DNA of 63,046 bases, counting the filler, from Aduncisulcus paluster (taxonomy: Eukaryota), in assembly GCA_024181965.1 (NCBI GenBank). It is 13 parts of 13 records of this genome, joined end to end, with 100 filler letters (N's around TTAATTAATTAA, not from the genome) between each part and the next. Parts side by side here need not be neighbours in the genome. Positions count along the whole stretch, not along the records: positions 11,968 to 39,812 come from BQXS01012050.1; positions 39,913 to 46,073 come from BQXS01012051.1; positions 46,174 to 48,759 come from BQXS01012052.1; positions 48,860 to 52,177 come from BQXS01012053.1; 9 more parts are not named here. One strand, given 5' to 3'. A model generated the notes under the pieces. It did no database searches and had not been told where the DNA came from. It saw only the letters and a list, made by a program, of their open reading frames with translations. Shown piece after piece: positions 37,989 to 49,615 of the stretch (positions are counted from its first letter, which is position 1; every line of letters starts with the position of its first letter). The position numbers and the translations under genes are program-made.

Positions 37989-39812
37989 ATGAGTGATCAG
38001 TATACTGTATGTCAATTTTTGATTTTCTTATTATTTCAACTGGGTTTGGATTATTTCTTATTATGACGGTATGAATAATTCGATGCCAATTTTTATTGAA
38101 AAAAATTCTAATTATATTGAATTTAAAAAATAATTTATTCATAATTTTTACTGATTTTTTCATCAGGGTCTGTCTATCCATGAAATTGCCTCCACTTCCA
38201 TTCCTACTTCATCAGGTGCTCAAGAGACTTTGCAATCACCAACCCCACAACCTTCTAGCACCAGCTTCTCACGGAATGAGGGCAAAGATTTAACCGCTCT
38301 ATCTTTTATTGAAGATGGTGAAACAGCTGATATTACAATTTTACGGGACCAAATCCGCAGATTAAAATCGGAACTTGCAGATATTAATGCAAAAGAAAAG
38401 AAATTACTTGGATCTTCCACCCATTTGAGTCAAGATATATCCCAAAGTATGCCCTCGAACTTCTTTGGCTTTCATTCGTCTGAACTTGCCATTCTTGGAC
38501 GAAATACCTGGGATGTTGATGCCCAATTAAGTCTTATAGTCGATCAGGCCCGTAAAAGTGGTATTGATACCAGCAAATTCATCAGTTTTGGAGGTTCGCA
38601 AAGCCTTGATATTCCCGAACAATTTCCTCTAGACGATGCATATTCACCAAAACTTGACGATTCTCTCGGCCATTTAACTGCTCGCTCCATTTCTAACGAT
38701 GATATTCCCGGTGATACTCGAAGAAGTCCCTTTTCTGATCATCATTCGTCTACTTTTCTTGAAGAAAGAGTTTCTCATGATGGAGCAACAACTGAAGTTG
38801 ATGTCGAGCTTATCGATGCTGTTATGAATCCCCAATCTAGTCATGTTTGTCGTCAAGATTCCCTTTTGGATAAATTACGCCAAAAAATAAGAAAAAGGAA
38901 AGGAATTGATGAAAAAGAAACAGAAATTGATGATTCTGAAAAGCAAAAGTCTTTCGAAATCATTGAGGAGGAAGAAGAGATCAATATGGATTGTGAAGAC
39001 ACTCAATCTGAAGAAGAGACCCCCTCAGATTTAATTGATCATCCCTCGGATTTAATTGATCATCCCTCGGATTTAATTGATCATCCCAATCCCGTCCAAC
39101 AAAGTCACAGTGCTGAAATAATTTCTAATGGCCGAGTGGAAGCTAACCAAGGATCTTTGGAGAATCAGCAAAAAGGAAAAGAAACGGCCATATCCAGCAA
39201 ACTTGCTACTTCACCTTCCGACGAAAAACAAGAAGAAGAAGAAGAAGAAGAAGAAGAAGAGGGAAGTTATGAATATGTATCTTCCGTGGATGAAGAGGAA
39301 GAGAGGAAGAGGAAGGAAGAAGAGGAAGAGGCAGAAAGAAAAAGGAAGGAAGAAGAAGAGGAAAGGAAGAGAAAGGAAGAAGAGGAGAGAAAAAGAAAAG
39401 AGGAAGAAGAAGAGAAGAAAAGAAAAGCGGAAGAGGAGAGAAAAAGAAAAGAGGAAGAGGAAGAGAGAAAAAGAAAGGAAGAGGAGGAAAGAAAGAAGAG
39501 AGAAGAGGAGAAAAGGAAAATAATGAAAAAGTGTGATGAAACTGTTTTCAAAGTATTGAAATTTACTAAAGATGGATCTAAAGCGCAAGAAAGAATCGTT
39601 CGGGTATCAACACAGACCAAATTACTTAAATGGGGGAAGTCTGAATCAAAGATGACCGGCTCTTTATCTTGCCCTTCGAGTTCATCGCCAAAACCATGTT
39701 TTTATTCATCCCCCGAAACATATATCCAGAGTCTTCCCGCGAAAAAGCAGAAAAATTTCAGATCTCTTGTCGAAAAGAATCCAAAAATGCATTTTGTTCA
39801 TGTAATTGGTGC
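37989..39812 (+). CDS. Protein with E/R/K single-alpha-helix repeats and a C-terminal PH-like domain, 3'-partial; probable intron 38007-38166
   Basis: GTATGT donor 38007 and CAG acceptor 38166 in phase 0; (PSDLIDH)x3 at 39022-39084; EEEERKRK repeats; LKFTKDG..QERIVRV..LLKW PH-like motif. Confidence 0.75.
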
Positions 39813-39912
39813 NNNNNNNNNNNNNNNNNNNNNNNNNNNNNNNNNNNNNNNNNNNNTTAATTAATTAANNNNNNNNNNNNNNNNNNNNNNNNNNNNNNNN
39901 NNNNNNNNNNNN

Positions 39913-41542
39913 TAAGGGATAAAGCCAGAATTTGGAGAGAAGATTTATTTTTGGAGAAACAACAGGAAGAATATCCTGTGAAACCTGTGAAGCCACCTTT
40001 GATTTTCAAAACTGTAAGTGGAGCAAGTGAAACTGCTCATGAAGCCATTTTAATGAAGACTATTGTAATGACTTGTGGGAAAAGAGCTAAATTTACGCCA
40101 CATTGTTGCTTAATTAAATATTATTTGGTTGATGTATTGCCAGTTGATTTGCCATTGTTAATTGGACGCCATGATCTTGCGAATTTGGGAGTGAAATTGA
40201 ATGTGAGAAGTTTGGACACCAAAGTCGATCATGATGAGAGACTTCGGAGCGCCATGTTGAGATATTGTGCGATAATCGATGGTATGATAACAACCAATAA
40301 TGCTGAGGGTAGAGGTACGACCTATGATGATGTGTTTGATAAAGAAGGGAAGCCACAAGAGAAACATGTTTTTGAAGTATTTTGGGAACGTCGTGACACG
40401 GATGAAGTGATTAAGAACAGGAAGTTGACGCCATATGCCAAAGATGAATGGAAGAAAAGATGGAAACGTCTAAAAAGAAGCCATGATTATTGGTTGCAAC
40501 ATGATGTGTCAAAGGTTGGGAGACTTCCACCAGAGGATGGGGAAGATCTTGATGAATTCTGCAAGGTGATAGAGGAAACACGCCTACGTGATGTTCATGA
40601 GAAGAAGACTGATGCCAAAACGCCAGCCGTGAAGAGGTTGAAATGGGGAAGAATGACGCCAGATTATATCCCAAAGAAAGAGGTCGACAAGGAAAAGGTA
40701 TTGGCCTTCGGCGCTCACTGGAAACAGAAGAAATTGAGAAGGTGTTATATATATAATACATTGACGCCAGTTGATAAGTATGATGGGTTGAAAGGTGAGA
40801 ATATCATGCATTTTGCTGATGAAGTGGATGATGATACAGATGATGACGCCAGGTTGGAAGTGAAAGCAGTGACAACCCAAAGTGATGACGCCAGAACCGA
40901 AAAGATGACGCCTGAACAGATCGATAACATTATTGAAGGGGTACAGCTGTCTGAACTGACGAAGGCGATGGGAGACGGTTTTGTTGAAGTCCTGGAGGAA
41001 GTTGCTGATGAAATTCCCAATGTGAAATCGAAAGATATCACTGAGCTTGGTGAAATTATCCCATCAGTAAACCATGATGATTGTTATTTGAAAGCCATTG
41101 TCGCCATAGAGTGTTCGAAGATTTATTTAGTGGTCTTCGAGAGACGCCAGCAAGTGTTGAACCGTTTAGAGTTGAATTGAGTGACGCCAAGAAAACCATT
41201 TCGATACCATTCAGAAACATTAGACGCGATTGGAAAACTGAAATATACCAGCAATTAATGGATTTGAAAGATAGAAAAATTATAAAGAAGAGCTCAACGT
41301 CATACCATTGTGCCACTGTTATTGTCCCCAAGAAGACAGCCCCGGCCCATTTTCAACGGTGTCTCAATGAACTACTCCACGACATAATTGGCGCTAACCA
41401 ATCTGACGGAAGTATTGGAAAGTCAAGAAATCACAAGATTATATTAAAAGCTCATAACACAATATGGGGGAAGAGGACTAGTAGATATAATTGTTTAACA
41501 AGAAAAAAGTTCTTGAACGGTATCGAAACTGACTCATCCTGA
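39913..41542 (+). mobile_element. Degenerate Ty3/gypsy LTR-retrotransposon pol fragment (protease end, internally deleted RT)
   Basis: LPLLIGRHDL protease tail; after a frameshift, IIKKSSTSYHCATVIVPKK is fused directly to TAPAHFQRCLN (central RT motifs missing). Confidence 0.8.
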
Positions 41543-41599
41543 CGAATTTTTCGAGAAAAAATATCATTTTTAGAATGGCCCAAATAATCGAAAGAAAGA

Positions 41600-41912
41600 A
41601 AGACACTTCATTTATTCTATTCAGATAGGATAGTATCACGAACAAAGCCCTGTCCAAAGTCGTCAGGCGTTGACGTCCTGTTCATGTCATCCATCGTGAT
41701 GTGTCGCCACTCGGTGTGAATACTGTTTGGAGTGTTTGGTGCTCCTCACCATCTTCGAATTCCATGTCACAGTTCTCCATGAATTTGAGGAACGCAGCTT
41801 TGAGTGCCGGATCGGTGAGACTATGGATTAACAGAGAGACTCGATACATGTCCACCTCCATTGTTGATTGTGCGATACCTAACCCCCACTTCTCTCAAGT
41901 AGCCTTTAAGAT
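41600..41912 (-). mobile_element. Non-LTR RT thumb-region remnant
   Basis: LKAT*EKWGLGI resembles the ..xGGLGI thumb motif; in-frame TGA stops. Confidence 0.45.
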
Positions 41913-42053
41913 GTAAAATGTTCACTTGGTGAGATGTTAGAAATATAGTCGAGAGATATGAGAGGATGCTGGAGAGTTATGTATGGGGTTATAAGGGAGA
42001 GAGTTATAGGGTGACATATGAAATAAACATAAGACCTTCAAATAATTACCACA

Positions 42054-42332
42054 TTATGAGGAAAAGCTCGATCTTATAATTGACATGAAAATTGTCATGG
42101 ATGTCCTCATCACACCGGCTCCATCTGTACCGTATGTACTTTGTTTCTTATTGAATCTCTTTTCAACGGAAAATAATGTTGCATCTTCATACGTGATGGA
42201 GACATCGAGCCACCATTCATGGCTTGGTGTTTTGATTTCGATGTCCGGTCTCAGTCTTTCATCATCTTCATGTTCCATACTGATTTCCCATTCTGTGTTG
42301 TGGTCAGAGATTCCGGATGATTTTTCACCCAT
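42054..42332 (-). mobile_element. REL (PD-D/E..K) endonuclease remnant of a non-LTR retrotransposon
   Basis: RLRPDIEI..WWLDVSITYEDA..K.STY. Confidence 0.75.
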
Positions 42333-43015
42333 TCAGATAACATTATATTATCATGAAACATTCAATAAATAAATATCAATAAATATTTAATATATTTTAT
42401 AATACAATGAAAGAGATCAGGTTCATGGATTGACACGAAAAATGTCACATTTCAATTTTGTTCTTTCGATGTCAAATCAAACTATTAAATTATTAGTACC
42501 TACTAGGTAGCAAAAAGGTAACAAAGGCTGTTGGATATGTTGATGTTGGCAAAGAAAAAGATGATATGTTTAAGGATGCCTTTTCAAGAGAAATCCAGAA
42601 ATCATTTTGGGCAGAGAAGAATTGGTCTCAAGGCCATTCTCAAGTTGGGGTAAAAGAAGGGGGAACAGATATTGATAAACATACAATGAAAAGAATGATA
42701 AAAGAGATATCTTGGATATTAGCATGTTGTCCGACCAAGATCCAAGAAGTTCTACCATCATCAACGGATATCTTATGTGATTCTTTAAAAGAAGCATTTA
42801 GAGAGATTGGAATAAGGAACTCATCAATATCATCTAAATATTGTAACCGATAGAGAACCACTAATAGTTGCCGTAGCCTCTCAACTTGTGGAGGAAGGAT
42901 ACGGACAGTTGTGGGTTCCGTGCGGCCCCTTCTTCTTCAGGGTTCAAAAAGAGTAAAGGCAAAAGTGAATACTTGCCACCAGTAGTGTTAGTGATAAGGG
43001 AAGCAAATTCAAGGG

Positions 43016-43472
43016 TTGGAAATTCCTTTCGATTGGAACCCCGTGATTTGGTTCGCGGGGTGCACCTCGATGAGGTGGAGGGAGTGGAGGTCGATTGGCC
43101 TTGTCCCTCATCTGGTAGCTGCCCTCCAGGAGGGGATACTAGTGCCCCTGTTCTCCCGAAGCGAGGGCAGGCGGCTAACCACAAGTGCGCAACTGTTGCC
43201 AGTGGTAGAGGATCTATTGCGAAAAGGGGTTCTCGAACATGGGGTGGTGAGATGTGTCTCCCCATGTTCCAGGTGCCAAAGCCCGATGGAACTCAGCGTC
43301 CAATTTACGACCTGAGGCAGGTGAACTCTCGGCTCGTCACCCCGAGGTTTCACTTAAGGAGAGATGTGTCTCCCCATGTTCCAGGTGCCAAAGCCCGATG
43401 GAACTCAGCGTCCAATTTACGACCTGAGGCAGGTGAACTCTCGGCTCGTCACCCCGAGGTTTCACTTAAGGA
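43016..43472 (+). mobile_element. DIRS/Ngaro-like reverse transcriptase fragment with a 112-bp tandem duplication
   Basis: VEDLLRKGVLE then, frameshifted, MFQVPKPDGTQRPIYDLRQVN..PRFHL; 43249-43360 is repeated at 43361-43472; locally GC-rich. Confidence 0.7.
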
Positions 43473-43527
43473 CATTAAAGGAGTGTTGGTGAGAAGGTTG
43501 TCTATTTATAGAACCATCACCTCTCTC
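43473..43527. repeat. 55-bp hairpin-forming direct repeat, copy 1
   Basis: Identical to 46019-46073. Confidence 0.9.
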
Positions 43528-43574
43528 TCTTTTATTATAATAAATGTACCAAGCATAAGCTAATAGGAAGCAAC

Positions 43575-43712
43575 ACTATTGTTATGATTCCAAAAAAATA
43601 TGATTCTTGGTGTATATGTATCGATTATAGAGAAGTTAACAAACATATCCAGGATGTTACGTTTCCCCTGCCTTGAATTGATGATTTTATTGCCCATTTG
43701 ACTGGGTAGAAA
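43575..43712 (+). mobile_element. Second Ty3/gypsy RT fragment (not in ORF track)
   Basis: TIVMIPKKYDSWCICIDYREVNK..FPLP*IDDFI matches the PKK..WR.C.DYR.LN..FPLPRIDD consensus. Confidence 0.85.
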
Positions 43713-44279
43713 TGTGATGTCTGCTGGCTCCTGGAAAAGTCTAGGTCCTCAGAAGGTTCAGTATCGAGCCGATGTGAGAAAAAGAACAGCCTACATAAAG
43801 TGTAAGCTCTGTGGTATGAGCATTATCACAATGGGAGTGCAAGCAAAGCAAAGTGCTTACTGGATAGTAAAAGAATACTATGAGGGATGTTACTTGCATG
43901 GAAGTGCTCTAGGACACTTCATGAGTGTGGAGGATCCCACGCTCACCTTAGTTGAGTTCGAAGAGGCAGCAGCGTGTGGAAAGCGTAGATACTCACAGAG
44001 AGAGTGAGGGTAGAGTGTGCCAGCCTGAGAAGGTTGGTAATCTAAATTGCCTTACAGTATATATATTTATTCTGTTATTACTGGCACATAGATTTGAGAA
44101 ATGTATTGAAATATCATATTAATCTTATTTATACACATATTCACTTCATGTGAAAAAATACTGTAGTAAAATAATATTCTTCTGGCTGTCGCCAAATTTT
44201 CTAAATTAGGCAGATGTGTCAACCGGGGTTGACACATGTTGTAGCACTGCTTGGGTTATACCTCTTACAAAGCAAAAGA

Positions 44280-44657
44280 GAAAAGAATCAACCAAATACT
44301 TGGGATTGGTTAAATTTATTCGCGTAGTTTCACCCTCAGTAGTTGAAATACAGCATTTAGTTCGTGAGAATTGTGAAAAGTATCAGTCTCAGGTTTAAAA
44401 AAGGTTGTTGGTGACATGACCAATGAACAGGCGCTTGAACTGGCTGCTAGGGATGAAGAATATGTTGTGGAGAGTATAATTGAGTATAAAGTGGATGAAG
44501 AGCGATCCGGCATTTAAAGTATGTTGGTTGGCCCTTGGAAGAGGCCACTTGGGAATATCACAGCATCTTAAAGGATTTGGAGGCCTTTGGGATTTATTTA
44601 GAGGCCAATCCTGATGTAAGAGCTCTTGTCCAGGAGTTTTTTAAAGAACGGAAATGA
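44280..44657 (+). mobile_element. Frameshifted integrase C-terminus plus chromodomain of a Ty3/gypsy element
   Basis: KYLG..VSPSVVEIQHL, LAARDEEYVVESII, FKVCW and LKDLEAFGIYL across frameshifts. Confidence 0.7.
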
Positions 44658-45127
44658 AGTCTATTTTGTTTGACTTGAAGAAATAATTTTTATGTTTATG
44701 TTTGTTTTATTCATTTTCATTGATGTTATTTTATGTTTTATGATCGTGATTTGAACGATAAGGGAATGAAAAGATGAAATATATTTTCCGAGCAATAACC
44801 TTTGAAAAGGAAAAAAGGAAGGTATTTTGTTATTCTAATATAATGATTATTATTATTGTTATTTTGTTTTATTGTTTTATGTTGGAGGAGATAAGAATTT
44901 AGAGATTATATTTAGTTTCGTTGGTTAAGATAATTTTAATATAATTCAGTGTGTCTCACCAAAATTTGATTAAAGAGATTCAATTCACTAATAGTAAAAA
45001 TATATTATGTTTAACAATATACTGTACTATATATACCCTATTTTGCCCAACTACTATATAAAGTGGAAATACGAATTCATTTTTCAAAAATTAAAAAACG
45101 AAATAATATTCATATTCGAAAATAATA

Positions 45128-46018
45128 TTGAAACCGATGTCATTAGCAAAAGAATTTATTGATTATGTTCTTAAAGAAAAGGTTGGTGGTCATACAATAC
45201 AAACAAAATTGTACAACTCAAAATTCACCACTCCAAAAATGTTCGATAGAACAATAAGGAAACACCTACATGAAAATTTTAAAACCATATACTCAATTAA
45301 AGATGGCCTTAGAATTTATTGTAATTGCTGTGAAAGATCATATCTTCATAATCCGCGAGTTTTGGCAAAACACATGATGACAATCGGTCACAAAGCCAAA
45401 TTCCAGAAAATTTATTACAACAATAGAATATTTTATGAACAATTAAAAATGTTACATATTTTAATTATTGAAAGGTTTGAAACACTCGGAATTTCCATTG
45501 GATTAATTCATGAAATATTTACTCCAACCATATGCTCAGCAATACAAGATTTTCCTGGCAAAATTAGATTTTCTCGAAGTACTTCCTACTGTCTTCATAC
45601 GGAATCATTGGTCAAAATGCCGTTGCTTCGGACTTACAAAGACAAGGTTTTGGAAAGGTAACAACCTTCTGCACAGCTCACTTATTAAACATAATAATTA
45701 GGGAATATATTAAGTATAAGATTCCTAATTTCCAGAAAATATGCAATAATATCACCATTTCCGTCCGATGGAGCAGTGCACTTCTAACTCTTAGCAACAT
45801 TAATGAATACTGGACTATTTATTTAAGATGTCTCCAATTTTGTGCTCCAAGCGATAAAAAATCCATCATTCAAGGGTATTTTGATGACAAAAAATTGAGA
45901 AAACAATTAAGTGAATTAAGCGATGAATTTTTCCCGGAAGCACTTAGGGTATTAAGGTATGTTCAATATGAAAATGGTAGTACTGATGTTTTTTTTTGCT
46001 TTGAAGTTGTTTTACAAT
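45128..46018 (+). mobile_element. hAT-like DNA transposase remnant
   Basis: BED-like finger YCNCC..KHMMTIGH and a downstream VRWSS (TRWxS-like) motif in broken frames. Confidence 0.6.
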
Positions 46019-46073
46019 CATTAAAGGAGTGTTGGTGAGAAGGTTGTCTATTTATAGAACCATCACCTCTCTC
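46019..46073. repeat. 55-bp hairpin-forming direct repeat, copy 2 (runs into contig end)
   Basis: Identical to 43473-43527. Confidence 0.9.
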
Positions 46074-46173
46074 NNNNNNNNNNNNNNNNNNNNNNNNNNN
46101 NNNNNNNNNNNNNNNNNTTAATTAATTAANNNNNNNNNNNNNNNNNNNNNNNNNNNNNNNNNNNNNNNNNNNN

Positions 46174-48759
46174 GAACATCGACATCCTTCGTCTCATATC
46201 ACCTGCTCTTTAAAGCCCTTAAAGTCCTTGAAGTCCTTGAAGCTCTTGAAGTCCTTGAAGTCCTTGAAGCTCTTGAAGTCTTTAAATCAGAGCAATCGTG
46301 ATGGTCATGCACATCATTTGTTCTTGCTCTTCACTCGGATGCTCTTCTTCATGGTTATATGTTCATCAATATGCATGGTCTCTGCTGAAGTTGAAATATC
46401 CATCCCCGATGCAAACCTTCGAGCTGCTGTGTGTTCTGCTCTTGGTTTCTCCTCTGATTGTTCTTACATCACTGACACTAACATGCTGTCGTTGACTTCC
46501 CTCAGTGCATCCTCTGTTGACACCTTCGAAGGATTGTCTTATGCCACGGACCTTGCATCACTCACCATCGATGGCACATCCACATCTGACCTTGAGATTG
46601 GCTCGACAGAGATTGGGCATCTTCCAACGTCATCCTTATCCACATTGTATCTGCAGAACATTGCATTATCTGAGGATGTGTCTTTATCCACATTCACAAT
46701 GTTAACAAAGCTTGATCTGAGAAACACTGGATTGACAGACTCTCATAGTGTTCTTGGTTCTTTGAGTGGTGTTGAGGAGCAACTTGTTGAGTTGACCTTG
46801 CAAGACAATATTATCTCAGATATCTCTGCTCTATCTGGAATGGTGAATCTGACGTATTTGCATTTGTACAACAATCAAATATCTGATGTGAGCCCATTGG
46901 AAAATTTGGTGAATCTGACATTTTTGGAACTTGGATCCAATCAGATTACTTCCATTGATTCTTTGTCAAACATGGAGGATTTAGTATATCTGTGTCTCTA
47001 TGACAATAACATCTCGGATATCTCTGCTCTATCAGGAATGATAAACTTAACGTCTCTATATCTTTATTCAAACAATATTTCAGACATTACTGCCCTCTCT
47101 GGAATGGGAGATCTTGTGACTTTGTACCTCTATAACAACAATATTTCTGAAATTACTCCTCTGTCTGACTTGACAGAATTGACATCTTTATCACTTCATT
47201 CGAACCAAATAACTGATATTTCTGACTTGAGTTCTCTAACAAATCTGACTTATTTGCATTTGTACAACAATCAAATATCTGATGTGAAACTATTGGAAAA
47301 TTTGGTGAATCTGACATATTTGGAACTTGGATCTAATCAGATTACTTCCATTGATTCTTTGTCAAATATGGATGATTTAGAATATCTGTGTCTCTATGAC
47401 AATAACATTTCGGATATCTCTGCCCTCACTTACATGGAGAATATGAACTATCTTCGATTATACAATAACAATATCTCAGATATCTCTGCTCTATCCGGAA
47501 TGGTGAATCTAACCTATTTGTATCTGTACAACAATCAAATATCTGATGTGAGTCCATTGGAAAATTTGGTGAATCTGACATATTTACACCTTGCCGGCAA
47601 TAATATATCCTCAATCTCTGTTCTATCAGGAATGATAAATTTAACGACTCTATATATAAATTCAAACAATATTTCAGACATTACTGCCCTCTCTGGAATG
47701 GGAGATCTTGTGACTTTATACCTCTATTACAACAATATTTCTGAAATTACTCCTCTGTCTGACCTGACAGAATTGACAGCTTTATCACTTCATTCAAACC
47801 AAATATCTGATATTTCTGACTTGAGTTCTCTAACAAAGCTAACATATTTGCATCTTGCCAGCAATAATATATCCTCGATCTCTGCTCTATCTGGAATGAA
47901 TGATATGAATATTCTATACCTTTATTCAAATCAAATATCTGACATTTCCGATTTATCCGGAATGGTGAATCTAACCTATTTGCATTTGTACAACAATCAA
48001 ATAGAATCCATTGAATCGTTATCAGGCATGACTGCTCTAAGTACCCTTTTTCTTTCCAACAACTCTATCTCAGATATTTCCTCACTAAGCTCTTTGATCT
48101 CTATTTCATATTTGGAGCAGAACAACAATAATATTTCAGATCTTTCTCCTTTACAGAATTTAGATAAATTGACCCACCTTTGTCTTTTAGGAAATCAAAT
48201 AACGTCCACTGAATATTTATCTGGATTAACCAATTTACAGTATTTATCTCTTGCATACAATTCTTTGGAATCTATCGAATATCTATCAAATCTGTCAAAT
48301 CTAACAGTTCTGTTACTTTATGGCACTGGCATTGAAGATATCTCTGCTTTATCTGGAATGTATTTATTAAAGTATTTGCAACTGGAAGGAAATTATATTA
48401 CTGATATAACTCCTTTGAAGTTCCTAACGAAATTAAATTGGCTACATCTTGGATCAAATCGGATTGAATCAGTTGAACCATTATCTTACATTACTGAACA
48501 GTTGAATTATCTATATCTTTACAATAACAATATCTCAGATATCTCTTACCTTTCACAAATGACAGGGTTGTATCATTTATTTTTATATAACAATAACATC
48601 TCGAATATCTCTGCTCTATCAGGAATGATAAACTTAACGACTCTATATCTTTATTCAAACAGTATTTCAGATGTTTCACCTCTTGTCAACATCACTAATC
48701 TTGTGACTTTATACCTCTATTACAACAATATTTCTGAAATTACTCCTCTGTCTGACCTG
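46174..48759 (+). CDS. Internalin-like leucine-rich-repeat surface/secreted protein, 3'-partial (candidate ATG 46339)
   Basis: Hydrophobic signal segment, IPDANLRAAV cap and about 30 22-aa repeats LTYLYLYNNQISDISALSG; the frame is also open to the 5' contig edge. Confidence 0.92.
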
Positions 48760-48859
48760 NNNNNNNNNNNNNNNNNNNNNNNNNNNNNNNNNNNNNNNNN
48801 NNNTTAATTAATTAANNNNNNNNNNNNNNNNNNNNNNNNNNNNNNNNNNNNNNNNNNNN

Positions 48860-49329
48860 AAATCGAAAGGAATATCTTTCTTACCAGTGTCTAAGGTAGG
48901 TTCTACCTTTGTAGGATGAATTTCTGATGCAGAATCTTCAGTTTCGGAGGGAGTAGGATAAATAGGAAGGAAATACCAACCAGGCTCCATAGACAGTTTA
49001 ATTTTTCGACTTGATATAGTTGTACCATCATCACAACTAGCTTGAAAATAAATAACAGGAGATGATTCGATATCTCCATCTTTTGGAGAAGAATCAAAGG
49101 AGACATAAATCAAAGCCCCTTTAATTGAGGTGGAAGCTTTTAACTTCATATCAATACGCTCTAAATCGCATAAAGATATATATTTCGATGAAGCAAATGG
49201 AGGATTAAACTGCTCACATTCAAGAGATTCAGAGTTCTTTGTAAGTGAGGCTAGTTCTGGAATAATAGAAAAGAAATTAGATTCCTTTGGGAAGCCCCAT
49301 TTTGGATCAGGTGAAAATAGTGGTTTCAT
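48860..49329 (-). CDS. Protein with a divergent copy of the kinase-associated domain seen at 5697, 3'-partial
   Basis: SIKGALIYV..SSP..IYF..DG..K..WYFLP parallels PMKGAYIC..SP..IFT..KG..KKY..WYFLP. Confidence 0.6.
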
Positions 49330-49615
49330 AATTATGTGATCAAGACATTCCCCTTTCAAGACAATTCAGTTTTTATTCCTACTTAATGAAATAGGTCAAA
49401 TAGGAATTTTCAAGCCAATAAAAATTCCTTCTATGATTTTATTAGTTCTCATTTTGCAATTGTTGCGTCGGATTTTTATGCTTTTGACAATTTGAAACTG
49501 AAACATGACTGGGCAGTGGAATAAAGGAGAAAATATATTATTTCAAGCAATAAATATTTGTATTTCAAACTTTATTAGCGAATTAACGTAAGACCACGTA
49601 AGAAAAAAACCAGAT

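Noticed and set aside
39128..39620. Poly-K/R, poly-F and poly-S ORFs here and at 11359-11658 and 20640-21111
   Set aside because: Alternative-frame or antisense shadows of GAA-rich coding tracts.
41081..41180. Programmed frameshift between the overlapping gypsy ORFs
   Set aside because: It falls between protease and RT in an element with other deletions, so decay is more likely.
43714..44007. Elf1-like zinc-ribbon gene (KCKLCG)
   Set aside because: Only one CxxC pair in frame, GTG start, and embedded in TE debris.
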